A DNA stretch of 64,000 bases, taken from positions 11,667 through 75,666 of the forward strand of contig JAWBDT010000007.1 of NCBI GenBank assembly GCA_038821645.1. Reading direction: 5' to 3'. A program made the translations under genes and the position numbers. The notes below the pieces were generated by a model, which did not search any database, had not been told where the DNA came from, and worked only from the letters and a program-made list of their open reading frames with translations. Every line of letters begins with the position of its first letter. Position 1 is the stretch's first letter. Origin of the DNA: Ignisphaera sp. (GTDB lineage Archaea > Thermoproteota > Thermoprotei_A > Sulfolobales > Ignisphaeraceae). Positions 49,836 to 60,633 of this stretch are shown in pieces.

Positions 49836-50093
49836 TTAAAGGTTATTGATATGTTTCCTACAGAGGATTAAGTAGAATCTTTTCTTTGAACTTGATACTT
49901 CTTTACATATAATACCATTTCTAATCATATCAGCAATAGTCTTTCTCAGAAATAAACCATCGATGTATATACCCATAGACTCTAGCTCGTTTCTCAATTC
50001 TTCAAATAGTATACCATTATCAGAATATCTGGTGAGGATTTCTATAATGAATTTCTCGACATCTTTTCTTGAATAACTCATAGATTTCATCAC
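49836..50093 (-). CDS. Small winged-helix protein (probable start 50081)
   Basis: FEELR.EL...G....LRK.IADMIRNG.I.K; GGTGA RBS. Confidence 0.7.
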   Translation of the reverse strand: MMKSMSYSRKDVEKFIIEILTRYSDNGILFEELRNELESMGIYIDGLFLRKTIADMIRNGIICKEVSSSKKRFYLILCRKHINNL

Positions 50094-50871
50094 CCATAAT
50101 TTTCTTCAGTTCTATAGGATCTACAGCAATCCAAGGCTTCAAATCTCTTAAACACAATCTCTTCACAACAGAAGGGTAAAGTACAACAATTTCTGGATCC
50201 AACATATATATAGTACTACTGTCTATATGGCTTAACTTCTCTAAGAGCATAGAAAATGATTCTCTAGTACAAAAACTTATGGGAACAGCTATACGTAATC
50301 TGAAACCACTATCAATAATGTTTTCTACAGCTTTGATCTGGTATGTATGTACAGAACCCTCTATACCTGTGATACGTTCAAACTCTTCTTCAGAACATCC
50401 CTTTAGTGAAATCCTCAACATCACGATATCTCTAAAATCCTTAAGTATTTCAACAAAGCTCTTCTCTAAGCCTAAAAGCAGACCATTGGTCTCCAATATG
50501 AATACATTATTTCTTTCTCTAAATCTACTAAATGCTTCTATAACCTGAATGAGATGTTGAAAACCTAGTGTAGGTTCACCTCCACTAATTCTAATAAAAT
50601 TATATCCCCTAGATCTAGCTATAGATATCAATTCTTTTACTACATCTATAGGCTTCATCATGAACCCCTTTCCTAGGTTATGGTTTGCTTTCCAACTCCA
50701 ACAATATATACAATTAAACATACAACCTACAGCATCAGCAACAGCAGAACCTCCATAATGTTTAGAGGCTCTAAACCTGTAGTACCTACGTAAATAGACA
50801 CCATTTTCTTCATTTACTACGATTTTCTCTACATATTTCATGGTATCTAAGACGTTTTCTAGCTTCAACAT
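50020..50871 (-). CDS. Radical SAM protein, paralog of 5274..6053
   Basis: YYRFR...YGG, CMFNCIYCW, RISGGEPT, ETNG, RISLKG. Confidence 0.87.
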   Translation of the reverse strand: MLKLENVLDTMKYVEKIVVNEENGVYLRRYYRFRASKHYGGSAVADAVGCMFNCIYCWSWKANHNLGKGFMMKPIDVVKELISIARSRGYNFIRISGGEPTLGFQHLIQVIEAFSRFRERNNVFILETNGLLLGLEKSFVEILKDFRDIVMLRISLKGCSEEEFERITGIEGSVHTYQIKAVENIIDSGFRLRIAVPISFCTRESFSMLLEKLSHIDSSTIYMLDPEIVVLYPSVVKRLCLRDLKPWIAVDPIELKKIMGDEIYELFKKRCREIHYRNPHQIF

Positions 50872-51212
50872 CTAACTCATCAACTCTCTCCTTACATACT
50901 AAATCTTAGTTAGAAGTATTTATCTTATCAGTTAATGTACTGATCATCAATATGGAATATTTAGGTTTTGTTAAGCTATTGTGGTAATGGACAAGAATTT
51001 GAATCTATATGAATCACAATCAATTCAATATATAGAAATATATACAATAAGATATCAAACTGATTGTTAATGAATGTAGTGACTATGAATTGATTCTAAC
51101 ATCTATATTCAGTACATCAACACCTTTTGTATATTGTTTACCACCATATAGAAATATCATGTGTATAGAACAACTAGAAAGTCTTTCGATAGTTCTTTGT
51201 ATACATGTCAAG

Positions 51213-51244
51213 TTTAAGATACTTATCTAATTTAAGATACTTAT
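51213..51244. repeat. Tandem 14-bp direct repeat with palindromic core
   Basis: TTTAAGATACTTAT at 51213-26 and 51231-44; core TAAG-N3-CTTA. Confidence 0.6.
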
Positions 51245-51397
51245 AGTAACATAATTGCTGGGCATGTCTGTTGATCGCCATAGATATTAGGGTTACAATT
51301 TTGTGCATTGGTGCTAGGGTATTGTAACTAAAAAGATACAATATGTTTTTAATTTGATTAAACTCACATATTATATATACAGGAAGGTCGATACAAG

Positions 51398-53098
51398 GTG
51401 CTATGTACCTCTAACATACCGTTGGGTAAAGTTGGCGTTATTTCATATCCAAGTTCTGTTGAGATAGTATCTAGACATCCTATTCCAATAGGAACTTATG
51501 TTGCTATACCATTCAAGGCTATAGATGTAGTATCGGGTAACACTATCGACTATTGTGCTATAGGGGTTATAAGTCAAACATCATACAGAAGACTTGTACC
51601 AACATCACCTTCAACTACTGCTAGTGAAGGTATAGGGTTAGAAGACGATATGCTTAGGTACGCTCCATCACTTGCTAGAATAATAGCACTTGTGAGTATT
51701 GATAATGAAGGAAAGCCTATGATTAAGATGCCAAACATTCCTCCACCACCAGATGCACAAGTTTATTTAGCTCATACAGAGATCTTGTCCATGCTATTCA
51801 GCAGTAGGAAGGAAGGTTCGATAAAGATAGGGCATCTGCTTACAGAACCTAGAGTCGAGATTTATGTTGATCTAAATGCTCTAGTAAAACATCTATTTAT
51901 AACAGGTACAACAGGTTCTGGTAAGAGTAATACTGTAGCTATTTTAGCTGATCGTATGGCATCTTATGGAGGGACAGTAGTAATATACGATGTTCATGGC
52001 GAATATGGCTCACTTACACCATCATCAAACATAGATATAGTAAATATTGATTATAAAATAAATCCTCTTGAAGTTCCACCAAAAGTTTTAGCAAGAATGA
52101 TAGTACCTGAAGGTGGAGCAACTGTTCAAAGAATGCTTGTCTCTAAAGCAATGGCGGAAGCTCAGAAGCTATTTAAAGAACTTGTAAAAGAGCATGGTAT
52201 ATCTGATAAAGTTATAGAGAGTATCTATTCAAATGCATCATTCTCTAAACAAGAATTAAGCGAACTTCTTGAGTCATTAGAGACCGAGGCTGGAGAAATA
52301 GATACTGAAACAAAGCTCATCTATTTGTTTAGATACATAGTTAAAAACTTCATAGAAAAGAAGTATGTCAGATCTAGAGATAAAGAACTATATAGAGAAT
52401 CTTCATTAAAGGCTAGTTCAAAAGTTGATGAATTTTTCGAAAATGCGGCTTTAAGTCTCAAAACACAACAAATATCTAACCTTATAGCTCCTTCAAGGAT
52501 TATTGTATTAAATGTGTCTCTTCTTAGCGATGATCAGAAAGATTACGTACTAAAGATAGTTCTCGATGAACTTCTATGGCTATCTAAACACAACTACTTT
52601 ATTGGAAAACCCTGTCCTATTGTTGTATTCATTGAGGAAGCCCATATATTTCTATCAGCATCTAGACCAACGGCATCTAGATACTCTATAGAGAGGATAG
52701 CAAGAGAAGGTAGAAAGTTCGGATTAATTCTGGGACTGATCTCGCAAAGACCTAGAAATATAGATTTGAATACATTAAGTCAGATACAGAATTTCGTGTT
52801 TATGAAGCTTGTTCAAGAAGCAGATCAACAGTCCGTCATGAATGCTTCTGACTTGCTTACTGAAGATCTGGCTAGATCGTTAACCTCTATGGCTACAGGT
52901 GAAGCTCTTATTATAGGTGAATGGATTGGGCGTTTTCCTGTTTTTGTTAAAATAGATAAACATGAGGGTAAGAAAGTGGGTACATCTCTAGATATAGTAT
53001 CTATATGGAGAAACAATATGAGGTTGCGGTATACAAGAGAAGAGAGTTCATCGATGTTGAGAGAAGCTGAAAAAGAATTCTATGAGATCTTTAGCTAG
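51398..53098 (+). CDS. herA: HerA DNA helicase/translocase
   Basis: Motifs GTTGSGKSNT, DVHGEY, IEEAH, IAREGRKFG, SQRP; upstream of mre11. Confidence 0.92.
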   Translation: MLCTSNIPLGKVGVISYPSSVEIVSRHPIPIGTYVAIPFKAIDVVSGNTIDYCAIGVISQTSYRRLVPTSPSTTASEGIGLEDDMLRYAPSLARIIALVSIDNEGKPMIKMPNIPPPPDAQVYLAHTEILSMLFSSRKEGSIKIGHLLTEPRVEIYVDLNALVKHLFITGTTGSGKSNTVAILADRMASYGGTVVIYDVHGEYGSLTPSSNIDIVNIDYKINPLEVPPKVLARMIVPEGGATVQRMLVSKAMAEAQKLFKELVKEHGISDKVIESIYSNASFSKQELSELLESLETEAGEIDTETKLIYLFRYIVKNFIEKKYVRSRDKELYRESSLKASSKVDEFFENAALSLKTQQISNLIAPSRIIVLNVSLLSDDQKDYVLKIVLDELLWLSKHNYFIGKPCPIVVFIEEAHIFLSASRPTASRYSIERIAREGRKFGLILGLISQRPRNIDLNTLSQIQNFVFMKLVQEADQQSVMNASDLLTEDLARSLTSMATGEALIIGEWIGRFPVFVKIDKHEGKKVGTSLDIVSIWRNNMRLRYTREESSSMLREAEKEFYEIFS

Positions 53099-53141
53099 CA
53101 TGTTTAAATGCTGTATGAATATATGTATCTAGGGGCTGAAA

Positions 53142-54374
53142 ATGTTTGCACTACATGTGAGTGATACTCATCTAGGTGCTGTTCCTAGCGGTCTTCTCTC
53201 TAGAGCAAGAGATGTTTACGAAGTCTTTAAGGAGACTATAGATATAGCATTAAAAGAACATGTAGATATTTATATTCATGCTGGGGATTTCTTCAACACA
53301 TCTACTCCTCCACCAGAAGCTTATGTTGTTGCATATAGAGGATTAAAGAAGCTAAAAGATAGAGGTATAAAGATTGTAGCTATTGCTGGTCAACATGATA
53401 TTCCTAAAAAGTATGCGGTATCCCCTTTAGCGATTCTAAGAGATGTAGGTGTTGTTGATGTAATTGCTATAGACAGTATTGTTAATGAAGAGGTGGATAT
53501 AGGTAACAAGAAGCTGATACTATATTGTGTGCCATATACATTAAGGAACAAAATACCATCAGTAATACCATCTCGTGAAGGCAGAGCTATTCTAATAGCA
53601 CATCTACTTCTTAAAGATGTAGGGATACCTAGTCCTGAAGCAGATATATCTCTAGACATGGTTCCTTCAGGTTTTCACTATATAGCTCTAGGTGATTACC
53701 ATATAAGAACAGTATTCAGACACAGAGATGGAGTTCCTGCTGTCTATCCCGGGGCTACAGAAGTTCATAGACTTAGCGAACATGGTGAAAAATATGTTGC
53801 GTTAGTTGATTTAAGTAAGAATGATGTTGCTGTAAACTTTATAGAGCTTCAAAATGTTAGACCATGGATAATTATTCAATGTGATGATGTAGCTAGATGT
53901 GTCAATAACATTTTGGAAAACGCTAAGACTCTTTTGTCAAAAGGTAGGAAGAAGCCTCTAGCCTATATACTGATAGAGAAGATAAGGACAGAGATATTGA
54001 GTAACTACTTAGACGATATGGTTTCTAAAGGCTCTATAGAGTACTACATACTATCGTCAACTGAACAAAAGAATGGGGAAGAGATTAAAGCTTATGATCA
54101 TAGCTATCTAGAGCAGTTAGAACATGTAGATGTATTGAAAATATTGGTGAATATACTAGGAGAAGAATCTGTAGCTAGACATCTTCTAGACCTCATAGAG
54201 AATCCAGACAAACAGTTAGCTGAACAATTTGTGAATTTCTTAAGGAATAACGAAAGTGTTGTTAAAGAACTTGAAGCAAAGATCAGGAAATCATCTATAC
54301 AAGAAATGGTAAAATCTTCTCAAACCTCTACAACAAATAATGGTAGTAAGTCTTTAAGGAAACTGCTCAAGTAG
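53142..54374 (+). CDS. mre11: DNA double-strand-break repair nuclease Mre11
   Basis: Motifs SDTHLG, AGDFF, GQHD, YIALGDYH, YPG.TE. Confidence 0.92.
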   Translation: MFALHVSDTHLGAVPSGLLSRARDVYEVFKETIDIALKEHVDIYIHAGDFFNTSTPPPEAYVVAYRGLKKLKDRGIKIVAIAGQHDIPKKYAVSPLAILRDVGVVDVIAIDSIVNEEVDIGNKKLILYCVPYTLRNKIPSVIPSREGRAILIAHLLLKDVGIPSPEADISLDMVPSGFHYIALGDYHIRTVFRHRDGVPAVYPGATEVHRLSEHGEKYVALVDLSKNDVAVNFIELQNVRPWIIIQCDDVARCVNNILENAKTLLSKGRKKPLAYILIEKIRTEILSNYLDDMVSKGSIEYYILSSTEQKNGEEIKAYDHSYLEQLEHVDVLKILVNILGEESVARHLLDLIENPDKQLAEQFVNFLRNNESVVKELEAKIRKSSIQEMVKSSQTSTTNNGSKSLRKLLK

Positions 54375-54392
54375 TTGAAGGTGTTAAACAAA

Positions 54393-56699
54393 ATGAGTAA
54401 TATAGTTGTTATCAAGGCTATAAAATTAAATAATGTTTTATCTCATGAACAGACATATATAGAGTTTCCACTAGGTTTAACAGCTCTTGTAGGTCCTAAT
54501 GGTGCAGGTAAAAGCTCTATAATTGATGCTGCTATATATGCTTTATTTATAAATCCCCAAAACATAAGAGGCTTTAGGGGTTCAAGTAAAAAGAGTTTTC
54601 TAAGAATTGGAAGTTCTAGTGGATATATAGAAGTTGAGTTAAGCATAGGGGGAAAGAAATATGTTGTCTATAGGGGTATAAGCTTGTCTAAAGGTGATGA
54701 AGCTGTTCTCTATGAGGTTACAGAAAATGAGAAGAAGAAGATTTTGGCAGTAGGTGTTCAGACTGTTCTAGACTATGTAAGAAAACTTTTATCGATTCCT
54801 TCAACTGAATCTATTAGATACACAATAATTTCACGTCAAAACGAGATAGCGAGACTCATAGAGGAAGCACCTTCTACACGAAAAGAGCTTGTGTTAAAAC
54901 TTTTAGGATTGAACGAGCTTGAAAAAGCCAAAGAAGTTTTAAAGCCCTACTTAGAATCGGTGAAAAGCGATATAAAGTTCTACGATAGCTATAAACTAGA
55001 ATTGAATGAAATTAGAGAAAAGGTTAAAGCGTTATCTCGTAGTATAGAGGCAGATAGGGTTGAGTTTGCGAAACTAGAGAACGAACAGAAGATACTTAGT
55101 GAAGAGATAAAGAGGTATGAGAAACTTATAGAGTTAGTGAAACTTTATGATAAGCTTTCTAAAGCTATAGGAATTGTTAAAGAGCTTAAAGAAGTAGAGT
55201 CGGTTTTGCCTCTATGTAGAGAAATTCTTAGTCTAGATATAGAGAACTTCATTTCTATTACGAATGTACTAAGGGATCGGAAAAGAGATCTTGACGAGGC
55301 TCTAGAAAAGCTGAAGACCATAGAGAACGAGATAAATATTGTTCTAAAGAACCTAGAACTAGAGCTAGAGATTCAGGTTCCTTCTTCAGTAGATACTAAA
55401 GGAGTTATAGAGTACCTTGATGAACTATCTAAGCAAATATATTTAGATAAAAGCGTTAAGCAAGCTGAATTCAATATAGCTAAAAACTCTGTTGAGATAA
55501 TCGGTAGAAGCGCTAATTGTCCTCTATGTGGAAGAGAACTTAGTGATAATCTTAAAGAGAGACTTCTTTCTGAGGCCAAGAACCGTATAGATTCGATCTT
55601 GAAAGAATTGGATGAGTTGGATAAGAGGTACAACAAAGTTAAATTGTATATAGATAATGTAAAGAAGCTTGAGAAAGGTAGGTTAGAGCTTCAGGTAAGG
55701 ATTGAAAACAATAGAAAGATTATTGAAGAATATATGAATAAGTATAGAGAGATAAAGAATAGTATAGAGACTGTGATCAGTAAACTAAAATCAAACAACT
55801 TTTTTACTAAATGTCTAGATAACAGCAACATAATAAATGTTGTTAGATGTATTCACAGATTAGCGATAGAGACTATGAAGATATATGAAGAAAAGAAACA
55901 TATGTTGAGGAAACTATTCGAAGAAGAGATAACAATAGATGAAGTTTTAAAGAAATATACTGAGGTTAAGAACAGTATAGCTGAACTTGGTTTTGATATC
56001 AATAAAATCAATATAAATGAAATTGAAGCTAGATACAAAGAGTGTCTGAATAGATTTAATGAAGTAAGTATGAGAATAGGTCAAATAAAAGGAAGAATTG
56101 AAAGTTATTTAAAGATGCAAGAGGAGTTCAGCAAAAAAGAAAGAGAGATTGAAGAGAAACTCAGTCAGCTTAAGAAAAGTATCGAAATATATCCTGTTCT
56201 AGACTTCATGGTGAATAAGCTTTTAGGTAAAGATGGGCTTCTAGCAAAGATGTTAACACAAGAATCAAGAAGACTAATAGAGAGATACACCAATGCTATT
56301 CTGAAGGAGTTGGACATGAGCTTCAGAATCCGTATCGATGAGGAATTCGATATTAGTGTACATACACCTTTTGGTGAACTTGATATCAGAAGCCTGAGCG
56401 GTGGTGAAATAGTGGCGCTTGCAATAGCGCTTAGAATAGCTCTAGCCTATACAGTTTTTGGCAGACTTCCAGGATTCTTCATACTCGATGAACCTACACA
56501 GTTTCTAGATAGAGATAGACGTAGATCGGTATTTGAGATAATAAAGAAGCTTTCAGAAAGAGTTCCACAGGTTATAGTGATTACACATGATGTAGAGGTA
56601 GAAGAATTAGCGGATAAGGTAGTCTATGTCTCTAAGGAAGGGGGAAGGTCTATAGTTAGAGAAATAAGTGAATTTGAAAAAATTACTGAAACGGTATAA
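54393..56699 (+). CDS. rad50: DNA double-strand-break repair ATPase Rad50
   Basis: GPNGAGKSS, coiled coil with CPLC zinc hook, LSGGE, LDEPT, ITH. Confidence 0.95.
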   Translation: MSNIVVIKAIKLNNVLSHEQTYIEFPLGLTALVGPNGAGKSSIIDAAIYALFINPQNIRGFRGSSKKSFLRIGSSSGYIEVELSIGGKKYVVYRGISLSKGDEAVLYEVTENEKKKILAVGVQTVLDYVRKLLSIPSTESIRYTIISRQNEIARLIEEAPSTRKELVLKLLGLNELEKAKEVLKPYLESVKSDIKFYDSYKLELNEIREKVKALSRSIEADRVEFAKLENEQKILSEEIKRYEKLIELVKLYDKLSKAIGIVKELKEVESVLPLCREILSLDIENFISITNVLRDRKRDLDEALEKLKTIENEINIVLKNLELELEIQVPSSVDTKGVIEYLDELSKQIYLDKSVKQAEFNIAKNSVEIIGRSANCPLCGRELSDNLKERLLSEAKNRIDSILKELDELDKRYNKVKLYIDNVKKLEKGRLELQVRIENNRKIIEEYMNKYREIKNSIETVISKLKSNNFFTKCLDNSNIINVVRCIHRLAIETMKIYEEKKHMLRKLFEEEITIDEVLKKYTEVKNSIAELGFDINKININEIEARYKECLNRFNEVSMRIGQIKGRIESYLKMQEEFSKKEREIEEKLSQLKKSIEIYPVLDFMVNKLLGKDGLLAKMLTQESRRLIERYTNAILKELDMSFRIRIDEEFDISVHTPFGELDIRSLSGGEIVALAIALRIALAYTVFGRLPGFFILDEPTQFLDRDRRRSVFEIIKKLSERVPQVIVITHDVEVEELADKVVYVSKEGGRSIVREISEFEKITETV

Positions 56700-56722
56700 C
56701 ACTAATAGGTATAATATCAGTA

Positions 56723-57685
56723 TTACTCTACCACAGGTCCTATAACTTCCTTACCTACAAGCTTGTTTATACGTTCAACTTCTTTATCTACATATTTCTG
56801 TATAACATTGATATCTTCGTCTGTTAGATGAGCAAATCTACCTTGCGCCTTTAAGTAGTGTTTCACATGTTTCCTTTTAGGCACAGGAACAGTTACTCTA
56901 AATACTTCATTATTCTCTAGCTCCCAGTTTATCCACATAGCTGTTTCTGTTGCAAGTCGAGAAATCTTGATTCCATACCTTGGATCGAATCTCCAGCCTG
57001 TTGTACAAGGCTGAATGACATGTATGAATGAAGGTCCATCAACAAGTAGACCTTTTCTAAATTTATTAGCCATATCTATATAGTAAGCAGGATTAGCTGT
57101 AGCTACATAAGGTACTCTATGAGCTGCAACAATCTCAGCTATAGGTTTCTTTGTCTGTAACTTACCCTTTACAACTTTCCCGATAGGGGTTGTTGTTGTC
57201 CAAGCCATTATCGGTGTAGCACCGCTTCTCTGTATACCTGTGTTCATGTATGCTTCGTTATCGTATAGAACATACATAACTCTATGACCTCTTTCAAGCA
57301 TACCGCTAAGAGCTTGGAACCCTATATCAACAGTACCTCCATCTCCACCTATTGCAATCACATTTATTCTTTTGCTAGGATCTATCACACCCTTCTTTTG
57401 TAGAGATTTTATAGCCGCTTCTATGCCGCTAGCTACAGCTGCAGCATTCTCAAATGCTACATGTATCCATGGTACACGCCATGATGTATATGGATAAAGT
57501 GTTGTTGAAACCTCTAAGCAACCTGTAGGCGTTACAACAATTGTATTGGGTCCAGCAACCTTCAGCAGTATACGTACTATAGGCCCTACAAGACATCCAG
57601 CACAAAGGCCATGGCCAGGTGCGAAATATTCTTCTCTTGGTAAATCAAAGAGAGATTTGTAGATAGGTATAGATGGAGAGCTCAT
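56723..57685 (-). CDS. porB: Pyruvate/2-ketoisovalerate:ferredoxin oxidoreductase beta subunit
   Basis: GHGLCAGC, TGCLEV, GDGG, DNEAYMNTGIQRS. Confidence 0.93.
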   Translation of the reverse strand: MSSPSIPIYKSLFDLPREEYFAPGHGLCAGCLVGPIVRILLKVAGPNTIVVTPTGCLEVSTTLYPYTSWRVPWIHVAFENAAAVASGIEAAIKSLQKKGVIDPSKRINVIAIGGDGGTVDIGFQALSGMLERGHRVMYVLYDNEAYMNTGIQRSGATPIMAWTTTTPIGKVVKGKLQTKKPIAEIVAAHRVPYVATANPAYYIDMANKFRKGLLVDGPSFIHVIQPCTTGWRFDPRYGIKISRLATETAMWINWELENNEVFRVTVPVPKRKHVKHYLKAQGRFAHLTDEDINVIQKYVDKEVERINKLVGKEVIGPVVE

Positions 57686-58872
57686 TCCCTAACACCCCAA
57701 TAAATTGATTCAGTTAACCTTACACCTTTCTCGATCAGTTTAGATGCATGATAATATATGTTGATTATATCGAGTTCCGTGACAGATCTCTGACCTATTC
57801 CAACTATGTAGTTGTATAAATCAACATCTATAGATCTAAGTCTTAGAGTTGTTAGAATCTCCATAGCCATAGGTCCCTCTATAGCGCCACCAAATGAGAT
57901 AGCTCTATCTAGAACGATAAGATGTTTGACGTTCTTAACACTATCAACCAGTTCTTTATGTGGGAATGGTCTAAATACTCTTATCTTTATTCCTCCTACT
58001 TTTGCTCCTTTCTCTCTAAGTATATCAACAACTTCTCTAACAGTTCCATAGAGTCCTCCGTAGGTAACTATGGCAGTTTCTGCATCATCTATTCTGTAAG
58101 TTTCTACAAATCCATAGCTTCTTCCGAATCTTTTATCAAATTCTTCATCAGCTTTCCTTAAAACCTCGTAGGCATTCCTCATAGCTACAACTTGTTGGTA
58201 TTTGAATTCGTAGTACCAATTAGGATCAGCTATAGCACCAAAGGTTATTGGGTTCTCGGGATCTAATCTAGGTCTACTATAGTTCTTCGGTATATACTCT
58301 AATATTGGAGCTCTATCCTTAGCTACGTTTACTGGCTCATATGTATGGCTCATTATGAAGCCATCGTATACAACCATAGCTGGTAGCAGAACTTCGGGAT
58401 TTTCAGCAACTTTATATGCCTGTATAATGCTGTCATAAACTTCTTGTGCTGTTGATGCTATCATTGTTATCCATGAGGAATCTCTTGTAGCAAACATATC
58501 GCTATAGTCACACCATATATTTATTGGCGCAGATAAAGCTCTAGCAGCTATAGCCATAACTATAGGCAGCCTCATACCTGAAGCAATGTAGAGCATCTCG
58601 TGCATAAGCTCTAAACCTTGAGAACTCGTAGCTGTAAACGTTCTTGCACCGGTTGCTGAAGCACCTATACATGCACTTAAGGCCGAGTGTTCACTCTCGA
58701 CATGTATCATTTCTGCATTAAGTTCACCGTTAGCAATGAACTCAGCCACCTTCTCTACAACCGGTGTTTGAGGAGTTATGGGATAAGCTGCAACTACATC
58801 TACATCAGCATCTTTTGCAGCATATGCTGCAGCATAATTGGACGTTAATGGGATTCTTTCCCACATATCCAT
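57682..58872 (-). CDS. porA: Pyruvate/2-ketoisovalerate:ferredoxin oxidoreductase alpha subunit
   Basis: AYPITPQT, ESEHSA, TATSSQGL, RPFP. Confidence 0.93.
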   Translation of the reverse strand: MDMWERIPLTSNYAAAYAAKDADVDVVAAYPITPQTPVVEKVAEFIANGELNAEMIHVESEHSALSACIGASATGARTFTATSSQGLELMHEMLYIASGMRLPIVMAIAARALSAPINIWCDYSDMFATRDSSWITMIASTAQEVYDSIIQAYKVAENPEVLLPAMVVYDGFIMSHTYEPVNVAKDRAPILEYIPKNYSRPRLDPENPITFGAIADPNWYYEFKYQQVVAMRNAYEVLRKADEEFDKRFGRSYGFVETYRIDDAETAIVTYGGLYGTVREVVDILREKGAKVGGIKIRVFRPFPHKELVDSVKNVKHLIVLDRAISFGGAIEGPMAMEILTTLRLRSIDVDLYNYIVGIGQRSVTELDIINIYYHASKLIEKGVRLTESIYWGVRE

Positions 58873-59199
58873 CTACTTCACCTCTTCAACAAAATCTATA
58901 GCTTTAACGGGGCATTCTTCCACACATAATCCACATCCTTTACAGAAATTGTAATCTATTTCTAGACTAAACTTCCATTCCTTACCTGTAGCAACTCTAT
59001 ATGGTTTATCTATGATGCTTATAGCTGGTTCTGGACACACTATCCAGCATATCAAGCATCGTATACACTTTTCATGGTTTATGATAGGTCTGAAGATCCT
59101 CCAATCTCCTGTGGGTCTCTTAACGAAATTCCCAGGCTCTAGAATCATTCCCCCAATACTCATCGATTTCCATCCAGATAAACGTTTTTCTCCGCTCAT
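58873..59199 (-). CDS. porD: 2-oxoacid:ferredoxin oxidoreductase delta subunit
   Basis: TGDWR..RP, CIRCLICWIVCP, CKGCGLCVEECP. Confidence 0.93.
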   Translation of the reverse strand: MSGEKRLSGWKSMSIGGMILEPGNFVKRPTGDWRIFRPIINHEKCIRCLICWIVCPEPAISIIDKPYRVATGKEWKFSLEIDYNFCKGCGLCVEECPVKAIDFVEEVK

Positions 59200-59750
59200 G
59201 ATGCTTCAACCTCTTTATATGCTCTTCTAACAGCCTCAATATTAGCTTCAGCAACTTTAGGTCTAAATGATTCTTTAATTACTTCCTCTACATAAGTAAT
59301 ATCAACAATAGGTACAACCTTTATTAATGCACCAATCATAGCCATATTAACGAAAGGATTCTTTAGAATATCGAGAGCTATCTGAGTTGCATCTACACGA
59401 GCTATCTTTAGATCTTCTCTACCTATGTAAGTCTTTAATTCACTTAAACTCTTCTTTGTATTGATGATCAATGTTCCATACTGTTTAATACCCTCAAGAT
59501 ATAGCGACTTATCTAGTGATGGATCAAGAACAACAACTACATCAGGATAAAGAATAGGGGATCTTGTATATATAGGTTCATCAGAAACTCTTGTATATGC
59601 TCTTACTGGAGCACCTCTGCGTTCAGCACCAAACTCTGGATAAGCTTGAGCATACTTACCTTGATATACAGCAGCTTCAGCTGTTACAACTGATGCTGTT
59701 ACAGTTCCCTGTCCACCTCGTCCATGCCATCTTATTTCTATTCGCGTCAT
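59196..59750 (-). CDS. porG: 2-oxoacid:ferredoxin oxidoreductase gamma subunit
   Basis: EIRWHGRGGQG, FGAERRGAPV. Confidence 0.93.
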   Translation of the reverse strand: MTRIEIRWHGRGGQGTVTASVVTAEAAVYQGKYAQAYPEFGAERRGAPVRAYTRVSDEPIYTRSPILYPDVVVVLDPSLDKSLYLEGIKQYGTLIINTKKSLSELKTYIGREDLKIARVDATQIALDILKNPFVNMAMIGALIKVVPIVDITYVEEVIKESFRPKVAEANIEAVRRAYKEVEAS

Positions 59751-59834
59751 ACAATTAACACCACAAACCTTTAATGGGTAAAGATATAAAAATGTTTATG
59801 ACTACAATCATATAATTTAAACAAATTAATAAGA

Positions 59835-60383
59835 GTGATCAATATGAATAACGAAATAAAGCAACTGATTCAAGCTCTATGGATTATTTTACCTGCTTAT
59901 ACAGCTAACGGAGCACCAATCATAGCAGCTAAAATTATGGATACCTTTGGATTCAAGAAACATCCAATAGATGGAGGTAAAATGTTTATCGATGGTAGAA
60001 GAATATTTGGTGATAATAAAACGTGGGAAGGATTTATTGCAGGAATAATTGTTGGAGTTTTAACAAGCATCATTCAAATGTTCTTTGAAGTCTCAATATC
60101 CTTACACTCTCTATACCTTATTAGAGGTATAGCTCTAGGCTTTGGAGCCATGATGGGTGATCTCATAGGAGCATTTATTAAGAGAAGACTTGGATTAAAA
60201 CCTGGAGCTCCTCTACCACTAATTGATCAATTATCTTTTCTTCTTGTGGCTATAGCTGTTTCCTTAAAGTTTATAGATATCACATTTAAACAATTTGTAT
60301 ACATAGTCATAACCACGGTCATTCTTCATATAACTACGAACTATCTAGCCTATAAGCTAGGCCTAAAGAATGTACCTTGGTGA
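59835..60383 (+). CDS. carS: CDP-archaeol synthase
   Basis: PAY.AN..P, PIDGG....DGRRIFGDNKTWEG, GDLIGAFIKRR, DQL, KNVPW. Confidence 0.92.
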   Translation: MINMNNEIKQLIQALWIILPAYTANGAPIIAAKIMDTFGFKKHPIDGGKMFIDGRRIFGDNKTWEGFIAGIIVGVLTSIIQMFFEVSISLHSLYLIRGIALGFGAMMGDLIGAFIKRRLGLKPGAPLPLIDQLSFLLVAIAVSLKFIDITFKQFVYIVITTVILHITTNYLAYKLGLKNVPW

Positions 60384-60633
60384 TCTCAGAATACATCAAT
60401 TACTTCAGGGCTAAATGACTAGGGAATACCAATGATAAAGTTTGTGAGTACAGCATCACCATTAATAGCGCTACATTGTGACTATGTATATGAGTATGAG
60501 TTAGTGTTATATTGTTCTTCTTATCTTATTGTTTAAATCAGTAGTAACAGAGTTCAATAAATGTTTCAGTCAACTACTTGTAATACTCGAAAAGTATATT
60601 TTAATGTAGATTATTCTATAGAGAGGGAGTTGA

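Noticed and set aside
904-59230. Many antisense or overlapping ORFs in the track (e.g. 2784..3431, 21030..21449, 48904..49572)
   Set aside because: They are shadows of well-supported genes on the opposite strand or another frame and carry no motifs.
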